Positions 37,967 to 50,328 of a DNA stretch of 64,000 nt are shown piece after piece. The translations under genes were made by a program, and so were the position numbers. The stretch is from assembly GCA_038319675.1 (NCBI GenBank), contig JBBQDM010000001.1, positions 166,457 through 230,456 of the forward strand, given 5' to 3'. The stretch comes from Vicinamibacterales bacterium (GTDB lineage: Bacteria; Acidobacteriota; Vicinamibacteria; Vicinamibacterales; SCN-69-37). A model generated the notes under the pieces. It had not been told where the DNA came from. It saw nothing but the letters and a program-made list of their open reading frames with translations, and ran no database searches. Position 1 is the stretch's first letter. Each line of letters opens with the position of its first letter.

Positions 37967-38925
37967 GCCCAGTACGCCTGCCCCCTGGGCTTGGCGATGA
38001 TCATCGGCTTGAGGAAATCGATGGCTTTGCGCAGGCCTTCGTCTGGCGCCATCAGACTGTCTTCGTGTTCGATGCTGACGACGTGGTCGTAGCCGACCAT
38101 GCGGAGGGTGGAGATGATGTCCTTCCACACCAGGGCGTCATTGCCGTAGCCGACCGTGCGGAAGATCCAGGAGCGCTCGAGTTCGCGGGTGTAGTTCTTT
38201 GCGTCGAGCACGCCGTTGAGCCGAGTGTTGGCCGCGTCGATGCGGCAATCCTTGGCATGCACGTGGAAGATACGTTCGCCGAGCGCCTTGATGGACGCGA
38301 CCGGATCTGACTGCTGCCAGAAAAGGTGGCTCGGGTCGAAGTTGCAGCCAATGGTCTTGGGTGCGATGGCCGAGAGGCGCAGCATTGTGTCGGTGTTGTA
38401 CGCCACGAAGTTTGGGTGCATCTCGATGGCCACGCGGACACCCGCGGACTTGCAGATTCTTGCGGTGTCGGTCCAGTAGGGAACGACCCGCTCCTTCCAC
38501 TGCCATTCAAGCGCCTGTGCAAACTCCGGCGGCCACGGCGACACGATCCAGTTCGGCTGTGTCGCTTTGGCGTCCCCCCCGGGGCACCCGCTGAACGTGA
38601 TCACCGTGCGCACATCGAGCTGTTCAGCCAGTGCCACGGTCTTGAGGAACGCCTCATGGTGCGCCCGCGCGATCTTCCTGTCGGGATGCAGCGAATTGCC
38701 GTGGCAGCTCAGCGCGCTGATCGTCAGGTTGCGCTGCTCAACGGCACTCCTGAACTCACGCAACCGTTTGGCGCTCGATAGCAGCTGTGCCGGCTTGCAG
38801 TGGGCATCCCCAGGATACGCGCCGCACCCAATCTCGATCGCCTCAAGCCCGAGCGACGCCACATAGTCGAGCGTCTCCTCAAACGGCTTGTCGCCAAACA
38901 ACACCGCAAACACACCAAGCTTCAT
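37963..38925 (-). CDS. Sugar phosphate isomerase/epimerase (xylose isomerase-like TIM barrel)
   Basis: 320 aa. MKLGVFAVLFGDKPFEETLDYVASLGLEAIEIG is a typical N-terminus. GGAGGGAG lies 7 nt upstream of the ATG. Confidence 0.8.
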   Translation of the reverse strand: MKLGVFAVLFGDKPFEETLDYVASLGLEAIEIGCGAYPGDAHCKPAQLLSSAKRLREFRSAVEQRNLTISALSCHGNSLHPDRKIARAHHEAFLKTVALAEQLDVRTVITFSGCPGGDAKATQPNWIVSPWPPEFAQALEWQWKERVVPYWTDTARICKSAGVRVAIEMHPNFVAYNTDTMLRLSAIAPKTIGCNFDPSHLFWQQSDPVASIKALGERIFHVHAKDCRIDAANTRLNGVLDAKNYTRELERSWIFRTVGYGNDALVWKDIISTLRMVGYDHVVSIEHEDSLMAPDEGLRKAIDFLKPMIIAKPRGQAYWA

Positions 38926-38940
38926 CTGTTTACTCCCTCC

Positions 38941-39004
38941 GTACGGAGCAGACGGACTTTAGTCCGTCTGGTGTCCGACGGGCTGAAGCCCGTCGGCTCC
39001 GTAC
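38941..39004 (-). other. Intercistronic three-way-junction element (three perfect 8-9 bp helices)
   Basis: P1 is GTACGGAGC (38941-49) with GCTCCGTAC (38996-39004). The first hairpin is AGACGGAC-ttta-GTCCGTCT (38950-69). The second is CCGACGGGC-tgaa-GCCCGTCGG (38975-96). There are no mismatches. It ends directly at the SD of the downstream cistron. Confidence 0.65.
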
Positions 39005-39023
39005 TGTCAGCGCACACAAGCAC

Positions 39024-40145
39024 CTATACCGTGACCCATCGACGACTCTTGGCCGCCCGCTCGATCGCGTGCAGCACGCGCTGGTTCGCGACGCCGTCGA
39101 CAAAGTTCGGCGTCGGGATCGTGTGCGCCGCAATGGCTTCGACCAGGTCGTACACCGTGTGCACAAACGTGTGTTCGTAGCCGAGGATGTGGCCGGGCGG
39201 CCACCACTTGCCCACAAACGGATGTGTGGGTTCGGTGACCATGATCGTGCGGAAGCCACGCAGGTGCGGCGGGTCGTTCTCGAAGTAGACCTCGAGTTCA
39301 TTAAGCCGTTCGAGGTTGAAGGCAATGCTGCCGAGTCGGCCGTTGATCTCGAAGCGGTTGTAGTTTTTTCGGCCAGGCGCCATGCGCGTCGCTTCGATGG
39401 TGCCGACCGCACCGTTCGCGAAGTGGACAAGCGCTATGGCGGCATCATCAACCGTGACTGTACGTTTGGTGCGCGGTTTACCTGCTTCAGAACGCACCGG
39501 CACAAATGTCGTGAGGTCGGCTGTCACCTCGGTGATCTCACCCACAAGGAACCGTGCGAGATCGATGGAGTGTGACGCAATATCCCCCAGCGCGCCGGAG
39601 CCGGCCTTGGTACGATCCAGGCGCCAGTTGAACGGGGCGGCCGGGTCTGACATCCAATCCTGCAGGTAGGTGCCGCGGTAGTGTCGAATCTCGCCGAGTT
39701 GGCCGGCCGCGATGATCTGTCTCGCGAGCTGCACAGCGGGGGCGCGGCGATAGTTGTGGCAGATCATGTGCGCCACGCCGGCCTTCTCAACGGCGGCGAG
39801 CATGCGCTCGGCATCCTTGAGTGAGTTGGCGAGTGGCTTCTCGCAGAACACGTGTTTGCCGGCCTTTGCCGCGGCGATGGCGATGTCAGCGTGACTGTCG
39901 CCTGGCGTACACACGTCCACCAGTTCGATGTCCTTGCGCCGGATGACGTCTTTCCAGTCGGTGGCGGCCTCTTCCCACCCGAGTGCCTGGCGCGCCGCCT
40001 CAACACCGCGTGGGTCGCGGCCGCAGATCACCTTCATGCGTGGAGCACGGGTCGGTGAAAAAAACGGGCCCACCTGGCGGTACGCATTCGAATGGGCTCG
40101 GCCCATGAAGGCGTAGCCGATCAGAGCGACGTTGATGTCACTCAC
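39024..40145 (-). CDS. Gfo/Idh/MocA-family oxidoreductase (cytoplasmic, no signal)
   Basis: 373 aa. [22 protein letters not shown] Rossmann N-terminus. GTG start overlaps the stop of the cytochrome c gene (GTGA). Confidence 0.85.
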   Translation of the reverse strand: MSDINVALIGYAFMGRAHSNAYRQVGPFFSPTRAPRMKVICGRDPRGVEAARQALGWEEAATDWKDVIRRKDIELVDVCTPGDSHADIAIAAAKAGKHVFCEKPLANSLKDAERMLAAVEKAGVAHMICHNYRRAPAVQLARQIIAAGQLGEIRHYRGTYLQDWMSDPAAPFNWRLDRTKAGSGALGDIASHSIDLARFLVGEITEVTADLTTFVPVRSEAGKPRTKRTVTVDDAAIALVHFANGAVGTIEATRMAPGRKNYNRFEINGRLGSIAFNLERLNELEVYFENDPPHLRGFRTIMVTEPTHPFVGKWWPPGHILGYEHTFVHTVYDLVEAIAAHTIPTPNFVDGVANQRVLHAIERAAKSRRWVTV

Positions 40146-40564
40146 TGTTTCTCCGGTTTGAGCCGCGTATCAAACGCCCGCACGTGTTTGGCGAGAGCCG
40201 TAATCTGCTCCGGCTTCAGCTTGCCCTTGAATGGCATCATCGGCGTACCTTTCACGCCCTCGGCAATGACCTTTGCCATCTGCACCGATGCCGTGCCGTG
40301 TTTCCAGTCGCGCCCCACAAAGGCCATTTCCGGCAACGGGGCCTTGCCGTTGGCGCCATGGCACACCTGGCAGTGCAACTTGTAGAGCGCGGCGGCATCA
40401 ATCTTCGGGGCCTGGGCACGGTGGATGGGGAGGTGAGGAGATGAGGAGATGAGGAGATGAGGAATGGGAATTGTGGTTGGCGCTGCTGCGCGCAGGGTCA
40501 TGGCCCCCGCCAGCGCGACAATTCCGAGACCTGTCACTACCATCCTGAAAACCACTGTAGACAT
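40142..40564 (-). CDS. Membrane-anchored/secreted mono-haem c-type cytochrome
   Basis: ORF 40142..40933 trimmed to [21 protein letters not shown] because the remainder is antisense to the giant gene. Haem motif CQVCH. Distal Met in GTPMMPF. Confidence 0.75.
   Translation of the reverse strand: MSTVVFRMVVTGLGIVALAGAMTLRAAAPTTIPIPHLLISSSPHLPIHRAQAPKIDAAALYKLHCQVCHGANGKAPLPEMAFVGRDWKHGTASVQMAKVIAEGVKGTPMMPFKGKLKPEQITALAKHVRAFDTRLKPEKQ
40427..40466 (-). repeat. 8-nt tandem repeat (3 perfect and 2 degenerate copies of GAGGAGAT) inside the cytochrome c linker
   Basis: Perfect copies are at 40435-40458. On the coding strand this reads CCTCATCT x3 and encodes [11 protein letters not shown]. Confidence 0.8.
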
Positions 40565-40681
40565 TGAACCTATTGTGACATCCCCGGAGCGTAGCCAACC
40601 CGGGACTCCTGTGCTGACCCAATGGACATTAGGCGACTTTAGGTACATACTCTCTTCGCTCTCATTACAGATTGGTACCCT

Positions 40682-43600
40682 ATGATGCAACTCCCCCCGG
40701 TAAGTGTGCAGTCCTCCGCTCGTGTACGCCCATTTGCCAGCCTGGTCGCCCTGTGCGGCGCCCTGTTCCTTAGTGCCGTATGGCCGTCGGCGCAATCTCC
40801 CGATCCGGGGCTGGGTCTGGTCGTTGGGCGGAACGTCAACATGGTGTCCGGGCAGACGCTGCCCGGTGGCGATCCCTACCTGCAGCGGCAGAACGAGCCC
40901 TCGGTGGCGGCCTCGACGCGAAACCCGCTGCACTTGTTGGCCGGGGCCAACGACTACCGGACCGTCGACATCCCTGGGAACTTCGATGATGGCGAGACGG
41001 GGGATGCGTGGCTCGGGGTGTTCAAATCTTTTGACGGTGGTGAGCGGTGGCAGAGCACGCTGTTGCCGGGCTACCCGCAGGACACCTCGCCGCAGGGCAT
41101 GGCATCGCCGCTGAAGGCGTATAGCGCGGGTGCTGACCCCGTGGTGCGTCCGGGCACCAACGGTCTGTTGTATTACGCGGGCCTCGCATTCAACCGCGGC
41201 GAAGGTGGCGCCAGCGCCATTTTTGTCTCGCGGTTTGTCGACAACAACAACAAGGAAAACGGCGACCCGATCGCGTACATCTCCACCTCGGTGGTGGCCA
41301 GTTCCACGGGTGCCGGGTTCCTCGACAAACCGTGGTTGGCCGTGGACGTACCACGCGCCGGGGCGACGGTGTGCCGCATCACGACCGAGGCGCCCACGCG
41401 TCAGGTCTCGGCCGCCGCACCATCATCCCCATCGACGGGTAAGGGGGCCAGCGGCGCGGCGGTGTCTGCAGCGGCCGGCACCATTAAGGAGACCCGCACG
41501 ACGAAGGGCACCCCCACGGTATTGCCGACACCCGGGATCGCGAAGCAGACCTCCATCACCCAGCAGGTGCTGGCCGGCGCGATGTATGTGGCCTACGCCC
41601 AGATCACCACCACGCACCTGGCGACGGGCGAGACCGACATCGAATCCCGGATTATGTTTTCGCGCTCGGATGACTGCGGCGTGACCTGGACGACGCCCGT
41701 GCGCATCAGCGACCCGTCGCACAAGGTGAATCAGGGTGCCACGATCGCCGTCGACCCTGCCACGGGTGTGGTGCATGTGGCGTGGCGGCAGTTCGGCCTC
41801 GATGACGCGTCCCCCGACGCGATCATGACCGTGGTCCCCACGGTGACGGCTGTGACGTCCGGACCCGGAAGGAATGCCCGGTCCACGCCCACCCAGCGAA
41901 AGCCCACAAAAGTGCACGAATTCAAGGCCGGTCCGAAGGCCGACGCGATTCGGCCCAAGCTCCAGCGCGCGCATCGGCACGGGGACGTGAACGAACTGGT
42001 GTCGATTCGCCCGTTTGACTCGGGCACGACGGAAGATCGCTTCCGCACCAACGCGTATCCCACCATCGCGATCGACGATGAGAGCCGCGTGTATCTGGCG
42101 TGGACAGAGCGGGGATTTGGTGGCGCCAGGTCTGATCCACTCATTGGTGACGCCCGCATCGTGCTGACGACGTCTCGTCAAGGTGGCTTCTGGACGACAC
42201 CACGCGCCGTGGATTCCCAGCCTGACGGCACGGATTTGCCCGGTCACCAGATGATGCCGTCGATGTCGTATTCGGGCGGTCGGTTGCTGCTTGTGTACTA
42301 CGACCTTCGTGAGGACGTCTCGCGCGTCTTCGGGCCGTTTGTGTCTGAGCGGGATGCGATCTCGCAGGGCCGGCGTCACACGATCGACGTGCGTGCCGTG
42401 CAGGCCACCAAGGGGGATGTGCCGGCGTTTGGTCCGTCCACGATGGTGTCGCAGTATCTGATCGGCAACCTGCGCGGCGCGGGTGGCATCGAGCCCCAGC
42501 AGTTGCAGTTCAACGCACCCAATCTGCCGCTGTTCCAGCTCGGCACGGTGCCCTTCATGGGCGACTATATCGACATCGCCCCGGCGCCGGCGTTTGTTCA
42601 GGACGCGGGCGGCCGGTGGATCCACAACACAGCCACCACGTCCGCGCCGGTGTTCCACGCCGTGTGGACCGACAATCGCGATGTCCGGAAGCCGATCGAT
42701 GGTGATTGGAAAAACTACACGCCGCCTGGCGGCGCCTCCTGCATCGACGGGCAGACGGGCATGCGCAACCAGAACGTGTACTCCGCGCGTCTGACGATGG
42801 GTCTCGTCGCCGGATCTCCTGGCAACTCGAAGCCACTCAGCACAGACACCCCGCGTGGGTTTGTCGTGTTCGCGCAGAATCTGACGTATCAGACAAAGGC
42901 GTTCCGCCTCACGATCGAGAATCAGCCCGTCGGTGGGAACGCGTCGTTCGCCCAGCTCGGCCTGGCCACCCCTGCTCCCCTGCTGCTTTCTGTCGACGTG
43001 AAGGTGGCTCCGCGGTCGATGGTGACCCGGACCGTCTATGCGACGTCCACCAACGCCAAAGATCAGGTGCGTGTCTCGGTGACTGAGGTCGGCGTGGCTG
43101 ACTTCCTCCCCATCGACGGGGGACTCGCGACAACGGTGATCCTCAATCCGGATATTTCAAACCCGGATATCTCGAACCCGGATATCTCGAACCCCGACAT
43201 CTCGAACCCGGATATCTCAAATCCGGATATCTCGAACGCCGAGGTCTACAACCCCGATATTTCCAATCCGGACATTTCCAATCCGGACATTTCGAACCCG
43301 GATATCTCGAACCCGGATATTTCCAATCCCGATATCTCGAACGTGCTCATTGCCAATCCGGATATCTCGAATCCTGACATTTCGAACCCGGATATCTCGA
43401 ATCCTGATATCTCCAACCCGGATATCTCGAATCCAGACATCTCCAACCCCGACATTTCGAACGGGTCCCTGACTGATGTGACGTGGACGATCCGGAACGG
43501 CGGCAACACGACCGCCGCGTTCAACGTGGACCTCTTTATCGCGAATCAGGCGGCCGCAGCTGGCGGTATCAAGACGCAACTGGTCGTGCACAAGACCTAC

Positions 43601-46600
43601 AAGACGCCGGTCTCCGACGGGTGTGTGCTGAAGACCGAGGCGCACACGGTGCTCGTGGCCAACGTGCTGAATCCCACGTTCAAGACGGTCGGCGACGATA
43701 CGACGTTTGATCCGGCGAACCCCGACATCTCGAACACGACGTTGTGGCTCGAACCCGGCGGCGAAGGGAAGATCACGCTGCGCATCGTGGACCCGGATCC
43801 AACCGATGCCTTCTCAATCAATCCAGTCACGGACGTGACGCCCGTGGTGCAGTCGCTGGCGGTGAACACCGAGACGCTCGCCGACCCGATGCCCGAACCG
43901 CCGGCCACACCGGCGCCGACTGACCCGCAGCCGGTGCCTGCGACGATGCTCACGTTTGTCGCGCAGCCTGTGGATACGCTGGCGGGCGGGCCAATGGCCC
44001 CGGTTACAGTGAGCGCCTTCGCTGGCCTCAACCCCGCGCCAGGCGTGCAGGTCACCCTCGCGATCGCGATCAATCCATCCGGGGGCAAGCTGTCAGGGAT
44101 CGTCACGACACTCACCGACGCTGCAGGCCTGGCGACGTTTGCCGGCTTGTCGATCGATCGCGATGGGGCCGGCTACCGGCTTTCAGCGTCTGCCAGCGCG
44201 GCCGGCGCGCTGCCGGTGCTGTCGAATGCCTTCGCAGTCGGCGTGGTGGCGCCGCCTCCGCCTCCGCCTCCGCCGGCCACGAACTGGTCTGCGAACGGCG
44301 ACGGCATCGTCGTGCTGACGGACAACGGGGCCGTCGGCGGCACGCCGCGCATGACCTATCAGCGCAACGGCATCCCCAACTTCACCGGCGCATGGACGTT
44401 GTCCACCGTCGCGGCGGCCACCGGACCGGTGCGGCTCGACTGGGAGTGGACCGGGCTGCACTCCTACTGTGCGGCTGGCGTCCAGCTCCAGTCCTTCGTC
44501 AACCGCGCAGGCAATGATGTCTTTGTGGGCCCGCTGCTGCAACTGACTGACAACTGTGTCGGCGCCCGCAACCCAAGCGCTGGCTTTGCATTCGCCGGCG
44601 TCACGTCGGTGGCGGTGCAGGCTGGCGACACCTACGGATTCCGGCTGAACGGAAGCCACGGTGATGGCAGCTACATCCTGGAGGGCGCCTTTGGCGCAGT
44701 CGTGAATGGCGCGACGTCGGCGAGTCCGTTTGTCGTGACCAACGCCTCGGACGGAGGTCCGGGTTCCCTGCGTGCGGCGCTGATCGAGGCGAACGTTGCG
44801 GCGGATCTGAACACGATCACCTTCGCCATCCCGGGACCGTGGCTGCACACCATTGCGCCAGCCACCCCACTGCCCGTGATCACGAACCCTGTGATCATCG
44901 ACGGTCTGTCGCAGCCGGGCTCGCTCTCGATGGCGCCGATGGTGAACCTCGATGGCCGGTTCATGCTGAATTTTGTCTCCGACAATAATGACGACCTGCC
45001 GGGAACAAACATCGGCCTGGCCCCTGGCTTTGAAGTGGTTGCGTCGGACGTGACCATTCGCGGTCTCGGCATCAACCGATTCCCGGGACCTGGCGTGTAT
45101 GTGAACAACGGCACGAACAACGTGCGCGTTGAAGACAACGCTATCGGTGCCGGACGTGCCGGTGTGCAGACGTGGCCCGCCAACAACGTTGGTGTCCACT
45201 TGAACTACAGCACCAATCACGTGATTGCGCGCAACGTGATTTCCTCGTCAGAGACATCCGGCATCTTGATCGCCGGTGGGTCGGGCTCGTTGATTACGGG
45301 AAACCGAATCGGCACGAGCGCGGACGGGCTGACGGCCCTGCCGAATCTTGACAACGGCATCACGCTGTTCGACGGTGCGACGGCAACGATCATCGACGGC
45401 AACCTGATCTCCGGCAACGGTACGGTCGGTGGCGCGAACGGCTTTGGCATCGACATCCAGCAGTCGGGTCTGCTGGCCGAGGTGACGGGCACGCTGATTC
45501 AAGGCAACACGATCGGCCTTGATGCTGCGGGGAACGTTCTGCGGCGGAGCGCGACCGATATCATCGGCCCCGCAAGTCAGGCGAATGAAAATCTCGGCCC
45601 GCTTGCGCGTGGTAATACCGGTGGCGGCATTCGACTCAACCGTGCGTCAGGCACGGTGATTGGTGGCGTGGCGGGATCGCCGAACACGATTTCTGGCAAC
45701 GGCGGCTATGGAATTGTGATCGTCGGCGCGCAGGCAGGAGCGGCGCCCCGCATCGTCGGTAACTACATCGGCACCGGTCCCACCGGAGCGGGAATCGCGG
45801 CCAATGTCGGGCGCGGGATCAGCGTGCAGGGGGCGGCCGCTGTCATCGGCGCCCCTGGAGTCGAGAACCGCAACATCATCTCCGGGAACCTCGGTGATGG
45901 CATCTTCTCGAACGGCAACACGGTGATCGAGAACAACTTTATCGGGACCGACAGCACCGGCACGATTGCACAGGGGAACGCGCGACTCGATGACTTCGGC
46001 CCAACGCTGACACTTGGCTGCTGTCATGTCGGCGTGTTTGTCACCGCGCCGAACAACGTCGTTCGCAACAACCTGGTGTCAGGGCAGGTGCGCGGGGGCG
46101 GTATCCGGAGTGGTGGCGCGCTCGGTGCCATCGCGAATCTGATTGAGAACAACAAGGTCGGGACCGACGTGACCGGCACCTTGCCGCTGCCCAATGGCGG
46201 TGGGATTGGCCTCTACGGGGATCGATCCGGAACTTGGGTGCGCGGCAACCTCATTGCCTTTAATCCCAATGGGGGAATTGGCATGTTCGAGGGCACGCAG
46301 GGTGCGCTGATCGGCGGTCTCGCTCCCGGGGACGGCAATACCATCGTCAACAACGGAGACGGTGTGCAGGTTGGCTACAACGCCGGACAACTGGCTGATC
46401 TGGGCAACCGAATCTGGTCGAACTCGATTTACAACAACCTGGGGCTTGGCATCGATCTGTCGAGGAACAGCGTGACCGTCAATGACGCCAATGACGGAGA
46501 TGTTGGGCCTAACGGGCAACAGAACTTCCCCGTGCTGAGCAATGTCACGAACAACGGTGTGGTCACCACCGTGGACTACCTGCTGGACAGCCAGCAGATC

Positions 46601-47445
46601 AACGCGAATCACACGATCCAGATTTTCGCGAGCGCGTCCTGCGATGCCAGTGGCTTTGGTGAGGGTGAACGATTGGTCGGGTCATTCATTCAGCAGAGCA
46701 ACGGCTCGGGCGACATGGTGGTCGTCGGAGCCGCACTCACCGAGATGGTGCCCGCAGGGCAGTTCCTGACCGCGACGGCGACCGACGGCAACGGCAATAC
46801 GTCGGAGTTCTCGCAGTGTGTGCAGGTCCAGGCCGGCGTCACGATTACGTCGGCATCCCCGGCGAACGGGGCACCGAACGAAGGCTTCATGGTGTTTCGC
46901 GGCGCGAACCTGCCAGCCGGCGTTGGCGATGTGGTCGCGGAGGTGTCCAACGGGGTCACGACGATGAACGGCTTCTGGTTCGCCAGTCCGTCGTCGCCGA
47001 CCGCAGGGTATGTGCGGTTACCCGGCATGCCGCTCGGGGCCGCCACCGTCCGGTTGCGCAACAACGCGGGCACCATCGTGTCGAACGCATTTCCAATCAC
47101 GATCACGGCCGTGCCTGGCACGCCGGTGATCACGGCGATTCGAGACGGCAACATGAACGTCGTGGCTACGCCGGTCCCGGCTGGCACTACGATCTACGTC
47201 GTGGCTGACGGTATCGACACTTTAGGAGCGGTGGTGCGCTTCACGCAGGGCGCCAATACGTGGGATGTCACTGGTATTGCAACGTCCAGCGCCGCCATCG
47301 GGCTGGCACTGGAAGTGAACCTGCCCGGTGTCGCCTCAGCCGGACCGATTGATGTGAGCATCCGCCAGGGCGCGAGTAACTTCAGTGCCACGGTGACGAT
47401 TCAAGTGGCGGCAGCGCCGACGGTCTCCGGTCCGACGGGTACTCG

Positions 47446-47449
<4 letters not shown>
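40682..47449 (+). CDS. Giant secreted multidomain protein: BNR/sialidase-like propeller, PDISN pentapeptide array, Ig-like domain, CSLREA-type parallel beta-helix, IPT/TIG-like C-terminus
   Basis: 2255 aa. Signal peptide ending PSAQS. Asp-box motifs SFDGGERW (41027-41050) and SDDCGVTW (41666-41689). NPDIS array. P8 linker (about 44254-44277). GGPGSLRAALIEAN then many NxxIxGN beta-helix turns. TATATDGNGNTSEFS. Two C-terminal beta-sandwich modules. Confidence 0.85.
43145..43459 (+). repeat. 21 in-frame 15-nt units; 19 encode NPDIS, plus NAEVY (unit 7) and NVLIA (unit 14)
   Basis: Read directly. The units differ only at synonymous third positions (aat/aac, ccg/ccc/cct/cca, gat/gac, att/atc, tca/tcg/tcc). 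An orphan copy lies at 43718-43732. Confidence 0.95.
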
Positions 47450-50235
<2,786 letters not shown>

Positions 50236-50328
50236 TCAGCCGGGCAGTTGGCGGAGTTTTCCCGCTCGTTAACGGTTTGTTACATCGATGTACCCTCCGG
50301 CGGGTACGGTCGTGCAATGGAGAAGTAC

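Noticed and set aside
40565-40933. N-terminal 123 codons of ORF 40142..40933
   Set aside because: They are antisense to the start of the giant gene and have no features. The cytochrome c has its own Met plus hydrophobic anchor at 40564.
43145-43459. Regular 15-bp periodic repeat that could be mistaken for a CRISPR or other non-coding array
   Set aside because: There are no spacers. The unit length is far below CRISPR repeats. The array is in frame within a 2255-aa ORF, and its variation is strictly synonymous, so it is coding.
43217-43645. Minus-strand ORFs of 142 aa and 92 aa with RIRDIRV / EISGFEMSG-type repeats
   Set aside because: They are mirror-image artefacts of the NPDIS repeat on the opposite strand and lie entirely inside the giant gene.
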